The position numbers were made by a program, and so were the translations under genes. From NCBI GenBank assembly GCA_043228905.1, contig JBHGNT010000009.1, positions 2,914,001 through 2,978,000 of the forward strand: a stretch of 64,000 nucleotides of DNA. The letters run 5' to 3'. Positions 51,659 through 64,000 of the stretch are shown here, piece after piece (the stretch's first letter is position 1; each line of letters starts with the position of its first letter). Under the pieces are notes generated by a model. The model saw only the letters and a program-made list of their open reading frames with translations. It ran no database searches and was not told where the DNA came from. Source of the stretch: Azolla caroliniana (Eukaryota; Plantae; Polypodiophyta).

Positions 51659-53930
51659 TCAATGTTGCCTTTGAGAAGCATGTGTCATGTTATTGTCATG
51701 CGTGTATGGTGTTGATGCTGAATGCGATGGTTTTCTAGCTTTATGAATACCAGCTCTATTATTGTTGCTATTATTATTATGCTCTTTTGAGGAGGTTTGT
51801 GCATCATTTAAACTAGTTTCATATTGCCCCACTTTTGCAACATTTCCACCAACATTGAGGCTTCTTTGATCATGGTTATTAACTGCATTCCGTGCATATG
51901 GAGTCTTTTGAGCTTCCTGCTTATATGTAGAAGGGATTATGTTGATATGTTGTTCATTTGAGACCATAGGTTGTCCAATAGAGTACACATTTGAACTTCC
52001 TTGATTGTTACTTCTATTAGCTACATCAATAGTTCCATTTGAATATGCCACTTTCCTTATAGCGGCCACTTGCAAGTTGTATGCTATCCCAAGACCAATT
52101 GTGGTAAAGGCAAGCAAAGCTGCTCCCGTGAACACTCCAGATTTCAATATAAAGCATCCACTAGAGAGATTATCGGATGCGTCATGCCGATCATTGATGC
52201 CAGCACCCGCAAAAAGGAGAAGAAATGCAATTGAAAATGTGATCCTACATTAGGATAATCAACATGACATTTTAAATAGGATAGATAACTGTTCTTGCTA
52301 GGTGAAAAAACACTACATGGCCCTAGTTTTTTTGATATTAACCATAAAATCCCTTTATTTTGACAACATTTCAAGAATATCCTAATGTATTTATACAAGT
52401 TTAGTAAACTGGAGAATCCCAAAACGCTATTAAGTTTGGAACCCAAAGTTGTTTTCTAATTTTTTGTAAATATCGTGCTTTTTATCATCGAATCATTGGA
52501 CTCAATAGAGAATTGAGATTTTGAAACCATAACATGTTAGATTTTTATCCTTTTTCTTTACCATGAGATGACTAAGAAGCTAACTGCGAGAACAGTAGAG
52601 GAGTTCTTCATTGAAGGATTATTAGGTATAGGTTCACAGCAAATACAACCTCCCAACACATTAGACATCATTTGAGCTATGAGTAGTGAAATGGCTGACA
52701 ATACTCCAAGAACTAATGCCGGACTCTTTGGATGCACGCATTCGGTCAACGACAATTTCGTGATGTCACTTTCCTGGAAAACAAAGTTGAGTTCTTATAG
52801 GGTAAAACAATATGAAACCTAATGGATGCACTTTATATAAATGTCAAAGAAAAACAATGTCATCATCATTTGCCATGTCCTAAGGTCATTAAGATGACAC
52901 ATCGTTTTATAGAAAGATATTTTAGCTTGTCAAAAGCAATGTAGAGCATAGTTTCCTCTAAGGGGAAATTATGTTATGGAAACCAATAACTTCATAGGAC
53001 GTTATGAGCCCTAATTTTCCATAGACACACAACATGCACCTCATTTCTGGCGTCCAGGGTCAGGTCATCAAGATGACACACTATTTCATAGAAAGATGTT
53101 GTAACATGGTTAAAAGGGAATGTATCAAATAATTTCATCTCAGATGAATTTATGTATAACTTCATCCATTGTTAGAAACCCTGATTTGCCACAGAAACAC
53201 AGTGGCACTGTCATTTCTAGTGTCCTAAGGTCGTACAAACAAGACAATGGCACCATCATTTCTAGTGTCCTAGGGTCGCCAAAATGATACATTGTTTCAT
53301 AGAATGATGTTGTAACGTGATCAAAAGGGAATGAAACATATAATTATTTGTCAAACATTATGTTGTTAATTCATATTTATGTGAATCCTCTTCTTCTACC
53401 AAAGAAACAGAGTTGTGTGGCACCATCATTTCCCATGTCATAGGTCCATCAAGGTGATGGATGATGAACTGTTGCATAGAAAGATGTTGTAACATGGCCA
53501 AGAAACTAAGATGGAATGTAGGCCACAATTTCCTCTCCAGAACTGTCACACACACATGATTTCATCCATAAATTTATGCGGCTTCTTTTTTCTTCTTCTT
53601 CGCCTTCTTCTTCTTCTTACAAGAAACAAATCCACATCAAATTTCTTTCCATGCCCTACGGTCGTCGAGCTTCTTCTCATGAACACAAACAAGAACATAC
53701 AAACCCTGAATATTATTTACTAATCAGAAGGTCCCTCTTTTAATTGAGTGGAGAAACTCGGGCAAAAGATAATGTGTCACAATCCGCTGGATGAATAAAA
53801 AAAAAGAGTGAATAGTATAAAGAAAGAAGGTGAATACCGTGAGCTTTTTCGCCTCTGCGATGAGGGCGAGGAGGCCTGAGAGGAATCCGAGAAAAGCGAC
53901 GGAAGACAAGAGGACGATCCGTGTCTCCAT
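51659..53930 (-). CDS. DUF1218-family four-TM plant protein (MWL/VCC/DEAL-like), ~296 aa; exons 53930-53838, 52773-52562, 52244-51659
   Basis: LLALIAEAKK, CVHPKSPALVLG, GGCICC, ISW|ITFSIAFLLL.AGA, CFILKSGVFTGAA are typical of DUF1218. GT-AG introns keep frame. Long Asn/Gln-rich tail. Confidence 0.9.
52850..53540. repeat. Diverged tandem repeats in DUF1218 intron 1
   Basis: About four copies of CATTT..TGTCCTAAGGTC...GATGACAC...TTTCATAGAAAGATGTTGTAAC. Confidence 0.75.
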
Positions 53931-55875
53931 GGCCCCGACACTGTGGAGTCAGACGAAGGAGAAGACGATGGCGAAGGCGAATATGGCGACAGTTAGCAGA
54001 AGCAGTAATGCCAGAAGAAGACGTTTGTTAATCTCCGGGAATACCCCTGAGATTTTCTTTATTTCCAATAATGCCCCTCCTTAAGATTTTCTTTATTTCC
54101 GATAATGTCCCCCCCCCCCAAGAGCCCTAAAGGAATGGGAGATAAATAAACAAACGTAATGACATCAATTTCCAACATTCAAATAATATTGGCACTTGTT
54201 AGTGCCGGATTAGACAAGAAAATCACTAACCATTAATTACCAACTAGATATATCCATCATTAGAGAGATGATCCTAGCCCCGAATAGATACTTGGATTGG
54301 TTTTTCGACACATTATATGCAACAAATCCCCTCGTTGACTACTTTTTTTTCTACGTCCAGTTTTCCCTCTCGTGGACCGGATAACAAATCAAGGTTCTAT
54401 GGGAATCAGATTTTACCTCACTTATGAGCTCTAAAACTAAATAGCCTATAATGTTCCTATTACTAAAATAGGAATGTAGGTCCTAACAGTCTATCAACTT
54501 CCAGCCAATTCGGCTTATGACTTCTTTGGCCAACTTTCCTCGGTCGATCCGGCATTCGACGTCTTCAATTGACTTTCAGTTCATGTTGAGCTTGTCAGTG
54601 GTCACTCAACAAAATCGTTAATCCTTGTCCTAATATTTCCCTTCCTTCATACCCTAACTATCCATGATAGAGATTGACATTGAACTTAACTCGTTGGTTC
54701 CTTTCCTCTCTTCTTCCAAAACTCTCTCTCTCTAGAGTTCATACTAGGAATGGTTAATCGTGTTTCTCCAAAGCCATATGCAAGAAATGTTGGGGTGTGT
54801 GCTTATGAATTTGGTCTACGTGACATTTCTGGATTGTTGAGAGATCAAGCTCAACTTAGTTTAGTTAGTTAGTCAACCATGTAACTTCGTAGTTACTTAG
54901 ATAGAATCTAGTTGGAAGTGTTGACTACAACGCCTTAAATAGGACCTTGTACTTAAGCGGGATATTCTAGATCCTCCACTCCTAAGTACATTTAATATAG
55001 GACTTACACCTTAGTACCTATATTCCACTCACACATGTGCACCCTTGCACATGAGATGTATATATACCTCATTGTGGGTATTTTTGTATTTGATGATGAT
55101 AGTTGATGATATGTACCTTTTAATATACTTTATCATCCCCCATCTTGTTTTTGTGTTCATAAGTGTACTTCTCTCTCCCTTCCTCTCACGGACACATACA
55201 CACACATATCACTTAATCTTCCGCTACGTAATCGCTTAACTTAATCACATAATTAGGTATATAATTATTCCTTAATTAATTGCCTAATCCTTAACATGGA
55301 CCACTCATGTTCAAGGCGACAATAACTCCAACCCATGAAATTCAATCTTTCGCCACACACCAATCATCAATTCTCATAAGTTCACAAAATGACATTTCAA
55401 TCTCCAAACCACTACCTCCCCCCTACGACTCATGGCACCAATCGTCTCTCATTCTCCATTATGTGTCGTACTCTTTTCCATGCGATGCTCATCTGCAAAT
55501 TGATCTGTTGTATTTGGTAGTCACTTTGACAACTTACATGCAAAAACATTTCACATCTGGAAATGGTTTGGCCTCATAATGCCCATAGCTTGCGTTTCGG
55601 ACGTTATCACACATTTCAGATGACTATTCATCTATCTATTCCTCTTTCACATTAGTGTGGTACTACAGTTATAAAAGCATGCATTTCCTACATCTTCTCT
55701 GAAACATGCCATTTTGGTCTTAATGAAACAACCAACCTAAGCAACTAGGTGCCTCCCATTCATGACCTGCTCTACATCATCGTGTCATTAGCAAGTCAAG
55801 AGACGGACATGAGGCCATATATGCATGTGTCCATGGACAATTAATTGGTAGGAGGACATATGTTCGTGTGTGTGT

Positions 55876-56325
55876 AACAATCGGCAATGGTTCAGTTCGA
55901 TTCGAGAGGGTAAAAATCGAATCGTTTAAAATTTTTGAAACCTGAACCAAACCGAACCGAACCGAATCACGAAACTGTTAAACCAAACCATTACAAAAAT
56001 TCAAACCGTTAAGCCATTAAACCGATAAAACTGTGGTTTCGGTTTTCAACTTAGGTCAAAATTAAAAAGTAAAAATTAAAAAAAAATAAAAAATTCATTA
56101 TTTAAATTTTAAATATTTTAAAAATATTCCAAAATGTGAGAACAAAGCATGAAACTGAAGCGATTGTTTAAAAAACAAAAAAAAGCCATTAAACCGTTTA
56201 AACCGCAGTTTCTAACAGCCGAAAACAAACCGAACCGTTAAAAAAACCCCGAACCGAACCGTTTAAATCGTTAAGCCGCGATATCACGGTTCGGTTCGGT
56301 TGAAACAGAACCGTTGCTGATTGTT
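55876..56325. mobile_element. MITE, AACCG-rich, immediately upstream of eL41
   Basis: Imperfect 18-bp TIR AACAATCGGCAATGGTTC / GAACCGTTGCTGATTGTT. Flanks GTGTGTGT/GTGTATGT are a possible 8-bp TSD but low complexity. Confidence 0.7.
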
Positions 56326-56330
56326 GTGTA

Positions 56331-56368
<38 letters not shown>

Positions 56369-56428
56369 GGAGGTTCTGATGAGGCCATGTCCGGACAGTT
56401 CACGAGACAGGTGTGGAACCAACAGAAG

Positions 56429-56437
56429 TTAGGGTTT
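56429..56437 (-). promoter_or_regulatory. Telo-box (AAACCCTAA) upstream of eL41
   Basis: TTAGGGTTT ~140 bp before the ATG, between GA and CT tracts. Telo-boxes are established features of plant ribosomal protein promoters. Confidence 0.65.
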
Positions 56438-56464
56438 TGGAAACATGTGGTGGTAGCTTGTTTG

Positions 56465-56498
<34 letters not shown>

Positions 56499-56576
56499 CC
56501 TGCACTGCGTAGCGGAGCAAAGTGAAGCTTTCTTCTCCCAAATTTCTGCAGAGTTGTCGCCCCTTCCTCAGACATC

Positions 56577-57445
56577 ATGAGGGCCAAGGTTTGCCTCTCT
56601 CTCTCACTCTGTCAATTTGTTTCCGTAAGTCTCTTTCTGTTTTTTCTATGTGCTGTGTATATACCGATCAAACTCTTCGCCTGAATCGCTAAGCTTTCAA
56701 AGGTTTCTGTAATGGTTCACAATTAGAGACGGTATATTATACTCACTATTTATGTAGTTATTGTTCCAGGCTCGTTTGAAGTTTGAGTTTATATGTTTGC
56801 TTTCTATACTCATGGGTTATTCTAGTTTTTGCATTGTTTTCTGAGGAAACATCAGTGTTTCTGGTACCTTCATGTGAGAAATAGGTGAGATTTGTTCGAT
56901 CCAGAAACTCGTTATAAGGTTTCAGTTTTTCTTTGAATTATACAGAACTTGGTGTACTTCCCTACGAAATTTACATACTATTCCTATCTCTGTGATTAAT
57001 TTGAAGGTTTTATCATGTTTCTGTTGGAGGTCTTTGACCTTCAGAGCGTGTTGTGAGATTGATCGTCGCTTGTTTAGCACGTGATTTATGCGTAGTTGTT
57101 TATCATCTTCCGGAGGTAGATGTAAAGAATTTGGTCTGAGTTTTGGTGGGAAATCTTGAGACCTCGTCATTTTATCGTAAGAAGAAATTGACGGCTGCTA
57201 GGGTTTTACTGAAATATATCTGAAATTTCTGTTTTCAAAGTGATCTTATGCCATTATTCCACAGTATTGTCTCCAGCAAAGTTTTCCCTAGTTGCATGGA
57301 TTGTTTACGTCAACGTGGTATTAATATTTGTAATCTGACAAAGCCTGCAATTTTATGCGATTTGATTTTTGTAATGCAGTGGAAGAAGAAAAGAATGCGT
57401 AGGCTTAAGAGGAAACGCAGAAAGATGAGGCAAAGGTCGAAGTAG
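56577..57445 (+). CDS. RPL41: 60S ribosomal protein eL41 (25 aa); exons 56577-56588 and 57380-57445
   Basis: ATG AGG GCC AAG|GT...CAG|TGG gives [25 protein letters not shown]. Confidence 0.98.
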
Positions 57446-59745
57446 AACCAAGAAGGTTGCTCAGGGAGCGAGGCTAGGCAAAAGCTTTTTGAAACCACCT
57501 TAGATTTTTCTGATGTTATTATTTGGATAAGAAACAGTAACAAAAGCAACGCATTTTCTTTCATGAGAGATATTCGGCTTTTCTAAATCAATTATGAGTT
57601 TTACTTGTCTATATGTCTTGGTTTATGCTGAATTCTTAAATCTAATGGGTTTTCTGGTGTTATTACAGATTTTGAATTGAATGGAAATCCTTGAATATGT
57701 CCTAATTTCTTTTTAGTAGGTTAAGTAATAGAGACTGAATTGATTATATCTTATTATATCTGTCAGGGATTTCGTAAATGATTTTCTATCTTCTTAAATC
57801 TATAGATTGTGAAATGGTTTTTTAAGCATGTGATGTTTCTTTCGTTGATACTGGAATTGCATTATTTTTCTCAGTGATCCTGAATATAATACAGATGCTC
57901 TCATTCCAGCTATTCTTCTTATTTCCTCAAGGCATTGTTTCTGGATATAATATTTTGATTTCTTTATATAAAATTCATCATTACAATATGTATATCTTTC
58001 CTCAGTACAGTGATTGTGAATATAAGATCAATTTCTTCTTCGTTTTAACTATTGTGAATATTTTAGTTTGACCATAAAATATTTTTGATTTCGTTGTGGA
58101 TTTATGTATATATATTGAATGTGATTCTTTAATATGATAATAGTCAGATCCCAGGGCTTGTAGACCTTCCCCTTGAGTGTGGTTGCTGTTGGAAATTGTT
58201 AAAATTTTGTTAATGAAAATTGGAAGTGAAGTTGAATTCCTTCAGTTGGAATAGGTCAGTTTCAATTAATTTTGCTCTGTCAGGGTGTCTGTGGTACTCG
58301 TGAAATCAAGTTGAAATTTTCTGCAGTATTTGTCCTGTTTGGAATCAGCTTTAATGTTAATCAACTATTAGTTTTGCGTTTGAGATCCACAGATAATTGG
58401 AGCAGCTTTATCATTGTTTTGTTTTTAAAAACCAATATAATTTGTAGTTAGTCTGTGTTTATGTAAGATTAGCAGTGGTATGGGTAAGGTGGGTTACTGT
58501 GGTTAGCTTGGCATGCCATGCCACAAACGGAAGTTGGGCAATGGAAACAGTTACAGTAAAAGAGAGTGAAAACAGCATTGCTTTTGTTAATGTGTGAGCC
58601 ATGTAGGAAGGAATTTAGCTGTTTTATGTGTAAACAAGCACTCTCTACTGACTACTTCCTGGTAGCTTCCCACTAGTTAAATTAAGCCAACGGCCTGGGA
58701 AGAGCTAGCCAGCATTGCTTTTTGAAATGGGTCAGCTGTGTAGGAATTTTAAGTGGTTATATTATCACAAGCACTGTTTGTTGACTATGTTTGTCGTGGT
58801 AGCATTGTCGAAAACCAGTTGTATGTCTCTCGTCTTTAATTGTCCTAAAATCTCATCTCCAAGAGTCCCTGATGTAGTAGAATGTTTGTCGCTTTTAATT
58901 GTCTGAAAATCTCATCTCCAAGAGTTCCTGATGTAGAGTAGAGTGTTTCGAATCTATTTTGGGAAATATGGGTAGGCGTTAGTAATGTAAGCAGTGAATG
59001 GCCCAACAAATAAAATGGAGTTTTGAATTAAGGAAAAGATGGAAAGACAGAATAAAAGAGATAAAGAAGGAAGCGAAGGGATGATGAATAAAATAGTAAG
59101 TGGTATGAATGAATAGTAATATAGGAAGGAGGAGTTTTTTAAAAGCTCTGTTCTGCCAGAAAGTTAAAGTAAGGAAAGCAGAGGAAAAGATAATTGAATG
59201 GATTATATGGATTATGGAATGGGTTATGAAATTAATAAAGAAAAGAAAAGAAAGGAAGAAAGGAGGAAGAGGGGCTCTTGACATTTAATTTTCTGATGTT
59301 CATTTTTTTTGTAACGGTTCTTCAAGGAAAGAACAGACAGACAGAGATAGAGAGAGAATACAGAGGGAACAGAGTCTCCCCTGTTCCCACCTTCTCCAAC
59401 GGCTACTTTTCTTCCACTTCATTCATTTGCTCACAACACCACTCAATTCATATTCATATATAATATATATATATATACATATACATATACATATATATGT
59501 ATATACTCAGACACTCATTCATTCTCTCACACAACTGTTTTCTTCACAACCAGAAACCTTCAATCAACTGTCTCTGTTCTGTCTCCCCTGTTTCTCTCTC
59601 TCTTCACCTTAATTTTGAAGCAGAAATCACCCACGATATAATTACCAAATCAAAACCCTCATCATCACTCAGGATAACAAACTCATCCCCCCCAATAGAA
59701 GACTAAGACAAACACTCAAATTCTCTGTCTGTCTGTCTTTGCCAA

Positions 59746-60282
59746 ATGGCCGCCTCCAAGGCTCATTTGACCTTCAATTCAACTGCGTACAACCGCAGAG
59801 ACTCATTTGGCCTTGGCTGGGCTGATCAGTGGGACTACAAATTCAACGATGAGAAGCTCATGAAATCCAGCTCTCACAGTTCATGCAATAAAGTGGCCAA
59901 TCCATCATCATTATCATCATCATCATCATCATCAACAGCAGGAGCAGAAGCAACAGGAACTGGATTGTTTAAATCAAAACTCGGTATTGGAAACATCGGA
60001 GCCAAGTCTTTGTCATCATCGTCATCATCATCGGCACTGTTGCGCCCCGCGAAATTCGGTAAAGAAAACAGGTCCTCAAATTCTTCATCTTCATCATCTT
60101 CATCATTGGTTCATAAGAGTCCCCTTGGTAGCAGCAAGAAGCTAGCAGACATCAACAAGAAGGTCACATCGGCCGCCAATTCGAGTGCCCACAAGGTGAA
60201 GTCCAGCACTCACATGGGCATCAAATGGCTCAAGAAGCAATGCTCCCTTAAGACCTTGAAATCATCGGATCATTCATCTTAA
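59746..60282 (+). CDS. Uncharacterised small plant protein, 178 aa, single exon
   Basis: Good start context (CAAATGG), N-terminal FGLGWADQWD motif, Ser-rich linker, basic C-terminal KVK...GIKWLKKQC. Resembles a widespread plant family of unknown function. Confidence 0.85.
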   Translation: MAASKAHLTFNSTAYNRRDSFGLGWADQWDYKFNDEKLMKSSSHSSCNKVANPSSLSSSSSSSTAGAEATGTGLFKSKLGIGNIGAKSLSSSSSSSALLRPAKFGKENRSSNSSSSSSSSLVHKSPLGSSKKLADINKKVTSAANSSAHKVKSSTHMGIKWLKKQCSLKTLKSSDHSS

Positions 60283-63200
60283 TGTCATTTTGCAATTCAT
60301 CTAAAATCTTTAGAGAACCAACCCCAAACCAGGAATTGTAATCAAAACGCTTTTTGGTCTTCTCTTTTTTGGGCTCTATGATTCCTTCCTATTTCAGAGT
60401 AAAATTATATAAGATTAATGCTCAGAATATCAGTCATTTGCTCATTAGCGTTGCCTTGAAGAAGCAAATCCTCACACAGAATGTTCAAAGACTAAGAAGC
60501 AAATCCAAAACTAGGAATTGTAATCAAAACATTTTTTTTGTATTCTCACTTTTTGGTTTCTTCTCTTTTCTATGTAGATTAACGTTCAGAAATCCTCTCC
60601 ATTAACCAATGTAAGATGCATTCATTCATTCATACATCCAATATTAGTCTCCAATCAAGTTTTGAACCAATTGTTGGTTGCTTCTATTTATTGAAGGTAT
60701 ATTTGGGCTTTCATACTGATATTAAAAAGAAGTAATACACAATGCACCTAATTTGAAGTTAATATTAAAGACATACCATATGAAATGCATGTAGTCTTTA
60801 TTATTTCTGAGGGTGATGGTACTAACATTGTCCGACCGAAGGCCCCACAACATTTGAAGAACCAATCAACGTAATTTTGTTTTCTCCAGTTATAACATAC
60901 CTTCTTATGCAAATCCATCTCGAAAACTAGAACAATACATTTTTTTGTTTGTTAGCTTGTAATTTCCAAACGAGATAGATAAGCACAAAACTTAATGCTT
61001 GAGTAACCAACAATTACAGACCATATGTTTATTATGTTATTGTCTTTGTAGGCATATACATAGTAACAAGAAAATCACATTATGGAATGGAGATGGCAAT
61101 TTTCCTTGATTACTCTGAAACTAGGAGAACTTTGAAGATAATTATGCATGTCTTCTTTCTCCACCAATAATTGTTTAGCTTTTCTCTTTTCTTCATAACG
61201 CCAAATACATTCTCACCATAATCTAATGTGGTGTTGTTTTGATATTCCCATATTGCATCTTCTGGGATTAAGTGGGAATATGATAGTGCAATGTGCCTCC
61301 TTTCTTTCACTCACATCAAGGGATCAATAAAGTCGCTATTGCTTGGTGCTCAACTCAACAAATAAGAGCTTGGCCATTTTCACCTTTAAGTTTTGGTATT
61401 TCCCATATCTTGATCGAGCATGAAATGTCTTATTCCTAATCAAACATTCACATTACCTTTTAAAATACACATGTAAGTGACATATATCCTTCCGCTTCCC
61501 AACTTCTTTACAATGATAATCTAGCATCTCTCCTTTTGGGTAAAAAAGTGGTATGGATTGTTGTAAAGTTGCATTAACTACACTATTGCAAGTTACTGTA
61601 ATCAGTGATCACCTAAATCTATCAAGATTGATGAGCATTTATTGGTTTCTCTCCCTCTCTCTAATAGGACATACCAAAAACATATGAATGTGCTATTGAA
61701 AACAAGATATAGATAAGCTCTCTATTACAAATGGTGCATATTTATATATTGCATCGCGTTTTTTTCTTGGTATTTCAAGGATCTAATTGTCAATAGTTGG
61801 ATGATGTGCACACCTAATTCATTTACATATTTACCAAGTCCATTTCAATAGTTAATATGATTATGATATGGAAATCTAGTGGTATTGGATGAATAATGTT
61901 TGAATGGTTCATCTACCTTTGAACGGACTTTGGATTGTTCATCTACCTTCTAATATGCATTCACAAATGCAATTAATGTATGAAGGCGAGCCCTTATCTT
62001 TTTGGTTGCATGGTAAAATGTTGTGTTTCATAACATATTGATTATTGAAGTTTTGAGGACAAATGATTGGCTCTCATGATTGAGTTACAAAGAGTGCTGA
62101 GGTGTCTTTCCAATGTAGTATCCATCATTGGCATTAATTGGACAAGAATTAAGGCAACCTATGTGCCTAATGAGCAAATGCCATGTCATAAACAATTTTA
62201 GAAGCTCTTTAGGATGACCCAAACACTTTTTGAAGCAAATGTTGTGATGTGTATAGTAAAAAGGGACGGGAGAAGTTATAATGGTGAAGCAAGGTCCTAT
62301 TAATCACTCCAACATAACTCTCAAGACGAAGTCACAGTTTACTGTCAATTCATATAGTTCTTTTGTCACCTTTGTTGTGACTCTAATTAGTCGAGACCAA
62401 ATCTTTTTCCGTTCTTCGTTCTTTTATACTTTTGATTGCACAACTTTTTCCTCAATGCCTTGCATTCACAATTTACACTAACTCTTTCTTTTTGCCTTAC
62501 CCTTTCTAAGTTTCTATGCATTAGCCATTCATGTCTAAGATGATTATCCAATGTGAGTTTCTTGAGTTGCATACTATTGATCATTGATCCTTGATCCTTG
62601 TTTAGCACTCAGAATTGGGATTGCATACACTTACTCTTGCACATCATTCTTAGTTATGATCTCATGCTTTCACCCTTTGATTGCCCTCCCATGAGTGCCA
62701 GGAGTTTATGATAGTTATAATAATGAGAGTAAAGATATATCGTGCATGTCCTAGGGTTGGTTTGGCATCACCACATTGCCACCCTTATCAAGTTAAAGTA
62801 TGAAAATTAATAAGAGATTCCCTTATGATTTCTTGATGAGACAAGACATAAAGGCCTCCAAACCCAAACAAGTTTGTTAAGGAAGATGACAAGCGACTAG
62901 AGAGAGAGAAAATACTTATCTAACTTATTTATGTAGTAATGGCCTAGTTGCATCATGCTCCAAGGGGGTTTTCTTTTGTAGCTTTATTGGACCAATTCCG
63001 ATCGATGTTTGATTACGTATATTTCATACAGAGACCTATCATAAACATTGGTATAATCTCCATCATTAAGTTGCTTACATTTCCTACGTACAAACCTAAG
63101 CCTACAACAATGACGGCTTTATAAAGTTAAATGAACTGTCTTTATAGTTATTATAATTAAACAATTTCCAATAACCGTTACAATAAACTCCACTCATTAA

Positions 63201-64000
63201 TAACATTTTCATGTGTTCCAAACCCATTTTGATTTGGATTTATTTGGGCCTTCTTCAAACATAAGGATAAATAATACGACCCTACTCTTTGTTCAAGTTG
63301 ATGCCTTACTTTGTAGGGCCCATTCATTCTAAATGTACACATGAAATGTTAGATGAATTTAAAGCGAACAACTAAAAAGTATTTTATTTGTATGACATGT
63401 AAAGCCTACATGTTCTGACGGGTTTCCTACATTTTACAACTTACCCTTTAATTTACCATATATCAATGTTAGCGGATCAAATATGGAAATGCTAACAAAT
63501 GAATCAACCTACTAATTACTAATTGCTTGCTCAATAACCTTATGAAATGGTCTCTAAATAGAACCAAATTAATCCTGCTCAATTTACTGATGATTCAAAA
63601 GGGTAATTGAATCCAAATGATGCTTTGGTAGATTCTAATAGCAATGTCATTTGTGGTTAATGTTGAAACTTGAGGGAAAACTTGGTACATTTGGAAAATC
63701 CAGGATCTTATTTGCAAAAGGTGTGTGCCAATTAAGAGTGTGGAAAAGAAAAGCTCGAACAATAGTCCAGATATTCTTGAACATGAATGAATGGCATCCG
63801 TAAAAAAATAAATTACATGCATTTAGTTCTGTCCACCCAAACATTTGTAAATGATTAACTAGGGAAGGCCGGTCGGAACATATTTGAGGAAGGTAGATAT
63901 AGTGCTACTACAGAGGTTCTTTTCCCTTTCAACTTACATGCATTGAGATTGGTGATGGCTCAAAAAACCAAGACAAGTTGGGGGAAGGAAGGAAAAAAAT

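Noticed and set aside
54190-55612. Possible solo LTR between DUF1218 and eL41
   Set aside because: LTR-like composition and a ...TATCA end, but no matching TSD or second copy.
60760-64000. Possible hAT/Harbinger transposase remnants
   Set aside because: Too degraded; no catalytic motif or TIR pair supported.

Overview
Eukaryotic, land-plant nuclear DNA: AT-rich, GT-AG introns, many (GA)n tracts. A fern-like lineage is my impression only. Five host genes are supported: a group D (TDY) MAP kinase (minus, runs off the left edge), a CLC-d-type chloride channel/transporter (minus, ~33.3-43.1 kb), a DUF1218-family membrane protein (minus), ribosomal protein eL41 (plus, 2 exons) and a single-exon small protein with a WADQWD motif. 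Between the MAPK and CLC genes lies a ~24 kb stack of retroelements. It holds a decayed L1-type LINE and a second LINE (ORF1 + endonuclease, no RT) interrupted by two nested solo LTRs and by a GC-rich Ty3/gypsy element (15074-29091). That element itself carries a younger, nearly intact relative (16185-23519). A SINE-like element and Copia remnants follow. The gypsy pair is the most interesting signal. Both have a tRNA-Trp primer site, 4-bp NCGT target duplications and a D-H-G protease motif. Both fuse protease to gag and show a predicted -1 frameshift (G GAU UUU plus a pseudoknot with a compensatory base change) placed after the protease. All coordinates and alignments were read by eye; no searches were run.
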